Positions 1 through 6,951 of a DNA stretch of 10,650 nucleotides are shown here, piece after piece. Within the stretch, counting starts at the first letter, position 1. Each line of letters begins with the position of its first letter. The translations under genes were made by a program, and so were the position numbers. The DNA is from Myxococcota bacterium (GTDB lineage Bacteria; Myxococcota; JACRCW01): assembly GCA_040752415.1 (NCBI GenBank), contig JBFMGU010000328.1, positions 1-10,650 on the forward strand, in the 5' to 3' direction. The notes under the pieces were generated by a model. The model was not told where the DNA came from. It saw only the letters and a program-made list of their open reading frames with translations, and did not search any database.

Positions 1-2
1 CT

Positions 3-1916
3 CCCCGCCAGCCGGCCCGACCCGCCACGCCCGCGGCCAAGCCCGCGCAGCCGCAGAAGGATGCCAGGAAGCCCGCGCAGGGCGCGCTGGACCCCAATGA
101 GTACCCGCTCTTGTGCCTGCTCGGTCGCAACCTGACGGAGCGCGCGCTGGACGGGAAGGTGGACCCCGTCGTCGGGCGCGACAAGGAGGTGGAGCGCATC
201 GTCGACATCCTGGGCAAGCGCCGCGCGAACAACCCGTGCCTGGTGGGGGAGCCGGGCGTGGGGAAGACGGCCATTGTCGAGGGATTGGCGCGGAAGCTGG
301 CGCTGCGGGAGGAGGGCGCGGCGGGGTTGCATGACCGCGTCATCGTCGAGCTGGAGACCGGGTCCATCGTTGCGGGGACGCAGCTGCGTGGGTCCTTGAG
401 TGAGCGGCTCAACGGGCTCAAGGAGGAGCTGCGCAAGGCGGGAGGGCGCATCATCGTCTTCATTGACGAGCTGCACACGCTGATTGGCGCCGGCTCCACG
501 TCCGACGGAGGCAACGACGCCGCCAACGAGCTGAAGGCCGCGCTGGCCCGTGGTGAGTTCCCCTGCATCGGCGCCACCACGCACGCGGAATACAAGAAGC
601 ACATTGCGCAGGACCCCGCGCTGGAGCGCCGCTTCGTTCCTGTGCACGTCATGGAGCCGGACAACGAGAGTGCGCTGAAGATCGTCGAGGGCGCGGCCAA
701 GGCGTACGAGGAGCACCACCGGGTCAGCTACGACGCCACCGCGTTGCGTGCCTCCGTGCAGCTCTCCGCGCGCTTCGTGCATGACCGCTTCCTGCCCGGC
801 AAGGCCATTGACCTCATTGACCTCGCGGGCAGCCGCGCCCGACGTCACGGCAAGGACACCGTGGACCGCACCGACGTGGCCCGCGTGGTCAGCGAGGTGG
901 CCGACGTCCCGCTGGACCGCCTCCTCACCGAGGACCAGGTGCGCTTCCTGCACATGGAGGAGTTCCTGGGCGAGCGCATCGTCGGGCACCGCGCGGTGAT
1001 CAAGCTGGTGGGTGAGGCCATCCGTCGTGCCTATGCGGGTTTCTCGACGAACCGCCCCATGGCCAGCTTCCTCTTCCTGGGCCCCACCGGCGTGGGCAAG
1101 ACGGAGACGGTGAAGGCGCTGGCGGATTTCCTGTTCGGCTCCAAGGACGCCGTGGTGCGCCTGGACATGAGTGAATACGCCGAGGCGCACGCCATCTCCC
1201 GCCTGGTGGGCAGCCCGCCCGGCTACGTGGGTCACGACGAGGGCGGCCAGCTTACCGACGCCATCCGTCGTCGCCCCTATTCCCTGGTGTTGCTCGACGA
1301 GATCGAGAAGGCCCACCGCGATGTGCTCCTCAACCTGCTGCAGGTCCTCGACGAGGGACGCCTCACCGACGCCAAGGGCCGCACGGTCTCTTTCCGCAAC
1401 GCCGTCATTGTCATGACCAGCAACCTGGGCGCGGAGCGGTTTGAGTCCACCGGTCGCGCGCTGGGCTTTGCCGCCGCCGGAAGCGCCACACCCGCAGGTG
1501 ATTCCGACGCCACCGCCCGCGACGTGCTCGAGGCCGCGCGCAAGGCCATGCCGCCGGAGCTGTGGGCGCGCATTGATGAACGCGTGGTGTTCCATCCGCT
1601 CACCGCGCCGGACGTGGAGCAGATTGCGCGCCAGATGCTGGCAGAGAGTGCGCGCCGGCTGGAGCTGGAGCGTGGCATCCACTTCAGCGCCGGTGACGAC
1701 GTGATTGCGCACCTCATGGCGCAGGGTGGCTACAACGCAAGGCTGGGCGCGCGTCCCATGCGCCAGGCCGTGCAGCGTCACGTGGAAGCCGCGGTGGCGG
1801 ACGGAATCCTGGCGGGACGCTTCAAAGAGGGAGACAAGGTCCGCGTGCTGGTGGAAGATGGGAAGGTTCGCGTCACCCGCGAGGCCGCCACGGCGGAAGC
1901 GGAGACGCCAGCGTGA
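3..1916 (+). CDS. Clp/Hsp100 class I AAA+ ATPase (ATP-dependent Clp protease ATP-binding subunit, ClpA/ClpC-like), 5'-truncated by the window edge
   Basis: The frame is open from position 3 (PRQPARPATPAAKP...LDPNEYPLLCLLGRNLT), so TTG 111 is not the true start. D1 has DPVVGRDKEVERIV, Walker A GEPGVGKT, Walker B IIVFIDE and DPALERRF. D2 has Walker A GPTGVGKT, pore loop PPGYVG, Walker B LVLLDEIEK, MTSN and GARP. There is an LGF ClpP-docking-type loop at 1461-1469 and no coiled-coil M-domain. The symbol is left blank because clpA vs clpC cannot be settled without the N-domain or a phylogeny. Confidence 0.95.
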   Translation, partial: PRQPARPATPAAKPAQPQKDARKPAQGALDPNEYPLLCLLGRNLTERALDGKVDPVVGRDKEVERIVDILGKRRANNPCLVGEPGVGKTAIVEGLARKLALREEGAAGLHDRVIVELETGSIVAGTQLRGSLSERLNGLKEELRKAGGRIIVFIDELHTLIGAGSTSDGGNDAANELKAALARGEFPCIGATTHAEYKKHIAQDPALERRFVPVHVMEPDNESALKIVEGAAKAYEEHHRVSYDATALRASVQLSARFVHDRFLPGKAIDLIDLAGSRARRHGKDTVDRTDVARVVSEVADVPLDRLLTEDQVRFLHMEEFLGERIVGHRAVIKLVGEAIRRAYAGFSTNRPMASFLFLGPTGVGKTETVKALADFLFGSKDAVVRLDMSEYAEAHAISRLVGSPPGYVGHDEGGQLTDAIRRRPYSLVLLDEIEKAHRDVLLNLLQVLDEGRLTDAKGRTVSFRNAVIVMTSNLGAERFESTGRALGFAAAGSATPAGDSDATARDVLEAARKAMPPELWARIDERVVFHPLTAPDVEQIARQMLAESARRLELERGIHFSAGDDVIAHLMAQGGYNARLGARPMRQAVQRHVEAAVADGILAGRFKEGDKVRVLVEDGKVRVTREAATAEAETPA

Positions 1917-1949
1917 AGCAGGGCCAGGGCGGGTGAAGTGGGACGTTGG

Positions 1950-2825
1950 ATGTTGGGCTCGGAGTTGGATGTTTTTGTCGTCGGTGCGGGGCGCGCCGGA
2001 CTGGTGATGACACGCGCGCTGCTTCGCACCCGACACCGGATTCTCGGCACGTGGAATCGGACGGCGGAGGCCGCGGCGGGCGTTCGCAAGCACACCGGCG
2101 CACCCGCGTTCCATGGCCGGATTCCGCAGGTGGCGCGCAGCGCGAACCTCATTCTCGTCGCCGTGCGGGATGACCTGTTGTCCGAGATGGACGCGCGGCT
2201 GGCCCGGGACGGCGTGGTGGGGCCGAACATGGTGGTGGCGCACCTGGCCGGCGCGCTGGATTCCACCGTGCTGCGCGCGTGCAAGGAGGCCGGTGCCGCT
2301 GTCGGGTCCATGCACCCCGTGGCCAGCTTTTCCGAGGAGAGCCAGCTGCCCGTGGGCACGCACTTCGCCGTGGAAGGGGAGCCGGCCGCGGTGGAGATGT
2401 TGCGCCAGCTCGTCGACGATCTCGGTGGTACGCCGCTCACCGTCGATCCGGGCCAGAAGCCGCGGTACCACTCCGCGCTGGTCTTTGCGTCCAACTATCT
2501 CGTCGCGTTGGCCAGCATTGCGCAGCACATCCTGGAGCGCTCCGGCATCCGCGAGGAGGACGCGCGGGCGATGTTGGGACCGCTGCTCGAGGGGACCGCG
2601 CGCAACATCCGCCGGGAGGGCGCCACCGACGCGCTCACCGGCCCCGTGACCCGTGGCGACGTGGAAACCGTGCGCTCCCACCTCAAGGCGCTCTCCGACG
2701 AGCCCGACCTGGAGAACCTCTACCGCGCCCTGGGCGTCCGCGCGGTGGCCGTGGCGGAGCGACAGGGCCTGGACCCCGCCGCCGCCGAGGCCCTGCTCAA
2801 GCTGCTGAAGTCCCCGCGTCGCTGA
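1950..2825 (+). CDS. Rossmann-like + DUF2520 domain oxidoreductase (PanG-like ketopantoate reductase family)
   Basis: N-terminal VFVVGAGRAG (GxGxxG), then LVAVRDD, HLAGA, HPVASF, YHSALVFASN, ALTGPVTRGDVETVRSHL and LYRALG, all characteristic of the DUF2520 family. The start is uncertain: ATG 1950 (GGGA 6 nt upstream) is preferred over GTG 1938. Confidence 0.88.
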   Translation: MLGSELDVFVVGAGRAGLVMTRALLRTRHRILGTWNRTAEAAAGVRKHTGAPAFHGRIPQVARSANLILVAVRDDLLSEMDARLARDGVVGPNMVVAHLAGALDSTVLRACKEAGAAVGSMHPVASFSEESQLPVGTHFAVEGEPAAVEMLRQLVDDLGGTPLTVDPGQKPRYHSALVFASNYLVALASIAQHILERSGIREEDARAMLGPLLEGTARNIRREGATDALTGPVTRGDVETVRSHLKALSDEPDLENLYRALGVRAVAVAERQGLDPAAAEALLKLLKSPRR

Positions 2826-2859
2826 GCCCGTTTCCGCTCGTTGTGGCATCATCCGGGGC

Positions 2860-5800
2860 ATGTCCACCCGGATCCCAGCGCACTGTCTCCTCGTCCTGCT
2901 GGTAGCCGCCGGCTGCGGTGGTGACCCACCCGCCATCCACCTGGGCCCGCCGGGAAGCGTGGAGACGCACGCCGTGGTCACCGTGCAGCGCGGCGCCGCG
3001 CCGGGGGACGTCTGGCGCATCCGTTCCGTCGTCACCCTGGGGGACCGGCACACCGAGAGCCTGCTGCCCGAGGACGCGCCCACCAAGCCCATGGAGTTTC
3101 CCATCACCTACTCCGTGCTCTCGCGCAGCGGGGAAGGGGACCTCGTCGTCGAGGTGGAGGCGCTGGGGCAGAACGGTGAGCCCATGGGGCGCGGCAAGGG
3201 CACGGTGAAGCTGCTTGCGCGCAAAGGCGTGAACATGGAGATCCAGCTCCGTCGCTCCTGCCAGGACAACGCGGAGTGCACCAACAACCAGTACTGCGAC
3301 GGCGAGGAGCGCTGCGAGGACCGCGCGTGCGTCGACGGGACTCCTCCGTGCGGCGCCACCGTGGAGTGCGTCGACGTGGAGTGCAAGGAGGACATTGACC
3401 GCTGCGTCACCACGCCCGTGTCCTCCCGCTGCGACGAGGGAAGCTACTGCGACCCCGCGCGCGGATGTCGCCTGGGAATCGGCTGTGATGACGACGGGGA
3501 CTGCGCCGGGGAGGGCTCCTTCTGCAATCCGCAGCTCTGCGTGGACGGCCGCTGCCAGGAGGTGCCCGGACCCGACCCCGACGACGACAACGTGTGCACC
3601 GTGGACTTCTGCGACCCGCAGGACCACATCGTCAACGTGCCGGTGCCCGAGGGGAACGCCTGCACGCAGACGGGTGTGCCGCGCAGCGTGTGTCGTTTCG
3701 TGGATGCCGCGCAGGAGCAGATGACGTGTCAGGCCAGCGCGTGCGGGGACGGCTTCGTGGACCTGGGCGGCGGTGAGGCATGCGACGACGGAAACACCGA
3801 GAATGCCGACGGGTGCTCCAACGCGTGCCAGCCGCCGCGCTGCGGGGACGGCATCACCCAGCCCTCCCGCCTGGAGGAGTGTGACGACGGTGACTTCGAC
3901 GACACCGACGGGTGCACCACGTTGTGTCGCCTGTCCGCGTGTGGAGACGGGCAGGTCCAGGCGGGCGTGGAGGAATGTGACGACGGGAATGACCTGGACG
4001 CCGACGACTGCACCAACCGCTGCACCATCGCCCGCTGCGGCGACGCGAGCCCGCACCTGGTCACCGCCGACCCCGCGGCGTTCCCTGTGCTCGAGGAATG
4101 TGACGACGGAAACGACATCGAGCAGGACAACTGCACCACGGCGTGCGAGCTGGCGCGCTGCGGCGACGGCATCCGGCACACCCAGCTGCTGGAGGAGTGC
4201 GACGACGGAAACGCGTCCAACACCGACGACTGCACCAGCGTGTGCCGTGCGGCCACCTGCGGTGACGGCTACGTGCACGGCGTGAATGAGGAATGCGACG
4301 ACGGAAACGGCCTGGACGGCGACGATTGTACCAACGCATGCGAGGTGGCGCGCTGCGGTGACGGCGCCACGCACGTGCTGACCGCGGACCCGGTGGCGTT
4401 CCCCACGCTGGAGGAGTGCGACGACGGCAACCAGAGCGACGAGGACAACTGTCTGACCGCCTGCCTGGTGGCGCGCTGCGGCGACGGGTTCACCTGGGAG
4501 GGCGTGGAGGCCTGCGACGACGGGAACACCATCAACACCGACAGCTGCGTCGGCTGCCAGCTCGGTCGCTGCGGCGACGGAATCACACGCACCGACGGCG
4601 CGGAGGATTGCGACGACGGGAATGTCGTGGATTCCGATGACTGCACCAACGCCTGCTCCCGCTACGAGTGCGGCGACGGCATCACCCACGCGTCCGGCAC
4701 GCCGCCGTTCGAAGCGTGTGACGACGGGAACCCGGAGGGTGGGGATGCGTGCACCAACGCGTGCACCGTGGCGCGCTGCGGGGACGGGGTGACCCAGCTG
4801 GGCGTGGAGGATTGCGACGACGGCAACAACTCCAACAACGACGACTGCCTCAACAACTGCCAGCTCGCCCGCTGCGGCGACGGGGTGGTGCAGACCACCG
4901 GCGCCAACGTCGAGGAGTGCGACGACGCGAACGTGGACGAGCGGGATACCTGCCGGACGGATTGCACGCGGCCGGTGTGGCAGACGGAAGTGGTCCTGGG
5001 CACCGGAGGAGCGTGTCCCTACGCCGCGAATGGCGACGGAGGCCCGGCCATTGGCGCTTCGGTGTCAACACCTTCCGGCGTGGCGTTGGGCAGCAATGGA
5101 AACGTCTACTTCTCCGCGTATGACGTCGCCGCGCAGCAGTGGCGGGTCCGCCGCGTGGTCAACGGCGTCATCAGCACGCTGGCCACGCCGGGCGTGGAGT
5201 GTCCGTCGCTGGCGGTGCAGGGCAGCGCGCTGGTGGCTGCCTGTGGGAACCGGGTGTTCTCCTACGACGTCAGCTCTGGCGCGCTGCTGGCCACGCTGGC
5301 GGGCAATGGCACGGTGGGCGCGCCCACGTCGGGATTGGCGCTGCAGTCCGCGTTGTATCCGCTGCTGCAGATGGCCTTGGCGCCCAACGGTGCCGTGTAC
5401 GTGCTGATGGATTCCTTCGACGTGGATCCCGCGTTGTCCCCCGTCTGGGCGGTGACCGCGGGCACCATCGCGCCCGTGGACGCGCTGGCCAACCGGACCA
5501 GCCCCATCACCGGGATTGCCGTGACCTCCGACGGGGAGCTGCAGGTGCTGGCGGAGGAGGCGGGCACGGGCGCGGTCTACTCCGTCGTGGGGGCGTCGCT
5601 GCTCGCGGGACCCACCGTGGACCTCCAGGGCATGCCCGCCACGCAGCTGGTCGCCGACGCCGCCGACGAGCTGCTCACGACGGTGGGCGCGGGCATCCAC
5701 AACCTGACCACCGGTTCCTACGTGCAGGGCTCTCCCACGGCGGTGGGCGCGTTCCTCGGTCACGAGTGCCCGAGCGTGCGTTACAGCGACGTCGACATCT

Positions 5801-6948
5801 TCAGCGCGACCATCACGTTGGCCCCGGGCACCACGCGGCCGGTGGTGGCGGACAAGGTCAACGGCACCGTCGTGAGCAAGGCCGCGAGTGGCTGCTGGTC
5901 GCGCGCGGCGGGGGTGTTCCCGCAGGGGATTGCGCCGGTGCGGGATGGTCGGTGCGTGACGCTGCAGGGCCTCCAGGAGCTGGCGCTCGACAGCAACACC
6001 CTCGTCGTGGCGGATGACACCGGGTTCCTCTCGTTGGACATCCCGTCCCGAAGCACCACCATGCGCTTCCCCGTCGAGGACGGGTCACCTGCGCTCGCGT
6101 GTCCGGGCGGCATCTCCGACGTGTACACGTACCAGAAGGGCGAAGGGCTCCCCGGCACGCGCGACGGCATCCGCGGTCTCGTGGCGGCGGGGAACCAGCT
6201 CTACTACCAGTCCGTGAGCCACGGCCGGACCTTCCGGGTCACGGGCGCCGACGCCTACAGCAACGTCTCCCTCGACGTGTACACGTACACCGACCAGCAG
6301 TGCTGCAACGCACCGGGCGGCCACTGGCGCCCCGATTTCTGCGAGCCGTGCCCCTCCGAGCCCGCGCATCCCGTGCCGCGCGTCCGTGATCCTGCGTTCC
6401 AGGTCATCGTGGCGTCGGACGCGGTGGATTGTCGCATCTTCATCTTCGACCCGTTCACCACCTGCTTCAACGGCGACCCGACGGTGAACCTCAGCGTGCT
6501 GGCGCCCAACTGCGGCAACACCGTGGCGCAGATTGGTGAGCCCGCTTCCGTGGTGGCGCCGGCGCGCGCGCCCGGAGCGTTCCAGTACGCGCTGCTGCTC
6601 TCCGACACCGGGAACCACCGCGTGCTCTACGCCGTCATCGACGCGCTCTCCCAGGAGATCGTCGACGGTGGTGACATGGCGGGCTCCGCCGCGGTCCCCG
6701 GCTACAGCGGTGACGAGGTGGAAGCGCGCGGGTCGTTGCTGAGCCGGCCCACGGGCGTGGGGCAGGACAGCGTCGGCAGCACCTTCATTGCCGACACCGG
6801 CAACGCGCGCGTCCGCCAGGTCACCGCGGATGGGTTCATCCGGACCGTTGCGCAGATTCCCGGGCTGAGGACCCTCGTGGTGCATTCCACGCTGGGCGTG
6901 TTCGCCGCCACGGACACCGCGGTCTACCGCGTCACTCCCGTGCCGTGA
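2860..6948 (+). CDS. Large Cys-rich surface lipoprotein: N-terminal beta-sandwich-like domain, Myxococcus cysteine-rich (DUF4215-type) repeats, C-terminal NHL/beta-propeller region
   Basis: 1362-aa ORF. Signal peptide with lipobox LLVAAG|C (Cys19, codon 2914-2916). Twelve CGDG..E.CDDGN....D.C...C repeats. NHL/teneurin-like motifs GDGGPAIGASVSTPSGVALGSNGNVYF, LSDTGNHRV and GYSGD...LSRPTGV...FIADTGNARVRQV. Confidence 0.9.
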   Translation: MSTRIPAHCLLVLLVAAGCGGDPPAIHLGPPGSVETHAVVTVQRGAAPGDVWRIRSVVTLGDRHTESLLPEDAPTKPMEFPITYSVLSRSGEGDLVVEVEALGQNGEPMGRGKGTVKLLARKGVNMEIQLRRSCQDNAECTNNQYCDGEERCEDRACVDGTPPCGATVECVDVECKEDIDRCVTTPVSSRCDEGSYCDPARGCRLGIGCDDDGDCAGEGSFCNPQLCVDGRCQEVPGPDPDDDNVCTVDFCDPQDHIVNVPVPEGNACTQTGVPRSVCRFVDAAQEQMTCQASACGDGFVDLGGGEACDDGNTENADGCSNACQPPRCGDGITQPSRLEECDDGDFDDTDGCTTLCRLSACGDGQVQAGVEECDDGNDLDADDCTNRCTIARCGDASPHLVTADPAAFPVLEECDDGNDIEQDNCTTACELARCGDGIRHTQLLEECDDGNASNTDDCTSVCRAATCGDGYVHGVNEECDDGNGLDGDDCTNACEVARCGDGATHVLTADPVAFPTLEECDDGNQSDEDNCLTACLVARCGDGFTWEGVEACDDGNTINTDSCVGCQLGRCGDGITRTDGAEDCDDGNVVDSDDCTNACSRYECGDGITHASGTPPFEACDDGNPEGGDACTNACTVARCGDGVTQLGVEDCDDGNNSNNDDCLNNCQLARCGDGVVQTTGANVEECDDANVDERDTCRTDCTRPVWQTEVVLGTGGACPYAANGDGGPAIGASVSTPSGVALGSNGNVYFSAYDVAAQQWRVRRVVNGVISTLATPGVECPSLAVQGSALVAACGNRVFSYDVSSGALLATLAGNGTVGAPTSGLALQSALYPLLQMALAPNGAVYVLMDSFDVDPALSPVWAVTAGTIAPVDALANRTSPITGIAVTSDGELQVLAEEAGTGAVYSVVGASLLAGPTVDLQGMPATQLVADAADELLTTVGAGIHNLTTGSYVQGSPTAVGAFLGHECPSVRYSDVDIFSATITLAPGTTRPVVADKVNGTVVSKAASGCWSRAAGVFPQGIAPVRDGRCVTLQGLQELALDSNTLVVADDTGFLSLDIPSRSTTMRFPVEDGSPALACPGGISDVYTYQKGEGLPGTRDGIRGLVAAGNQLYYQSVSHGRTFRVTGADAYSNVSLDVYTYTDQQCCNAPGGHWRPDFCEPCPSEPAHPVPRVRDPAFQVIVASDAVDCRIFIFDPFTTCFNGDPTVNLSVLAPNCGNTVAQIGEPASVVAPARAPGAFQYALLLSDTGNHRVLYAVIDALSQEIVDGGDMAGSAAVPGYSGDEVEARGSLLSRPTGVGQDSVGSTFIADTGNARVRQVTADGFIRTVAQIPGLRTLVVHSTLGVFAATDTAVYRVTPVP
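3742..4974 (+). repeat. Coding tandem array of 12 Myxococcus cysteine-rich repeats (31-41 aa each)
   Basis: Units were counted in the translation, from CGDGFVDLGGGEACDDGN (3742) to CGDGVVQTTGANVEECDDAN...CRTDCTRP. Each unit has four Cys and an acidic CDDG[N/D] or CDDAN core. The DNA copies are diverged at synonymous sites. Confidence 0.92.
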
Positions 6949-6951
6949 GGC

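Noticed and set aside
111..113. TTG start for the Clp ATPase
   Set aside because: The frame is open to the window edge, and this start would fall at the very beginning of D1, leaving no N-domain.
3..1916. Clp ATPase as T6SS ClpV/TssH or disaggregase ClpB
   Set aside because: No T6SS genes are in the window, there is no M-domain coiled coil, and an LGF loop is present.
2797..4689. 630-aa minus-strand ORF, plus similar long antisense ORFs at 5065-5763, 6085-6885, 1778-2494 and 8444-9613
   Set aside because: These are shadow ORFs opposite well-supported genes. Strong GC3 bias removes stops from antisense frames, and the translations show no domain motifs.
3742..4974. Regularly spaced TGCGACGACGG / TGCGGCGACGG DNA motifs as a CRISPR or other non-coding array
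   Set aside because: The copies are short, vary at third codon positions and stay in frame, so they are protein repeats. No cas genes are present.
3742..4974. Repeats 4 and 7 as a diversity-generating retroelement TR/VR pair
   Set aside because: The differences are not confined to adenines, both copies are in-frame coding sequence, and no reverse transcriptase is in the window.
6340..6351. CEPC as a heme c attachment or thioredoxin active site
   Set aside because: No His follows (not CxxCH), and there is no thioredoxin-fold context.
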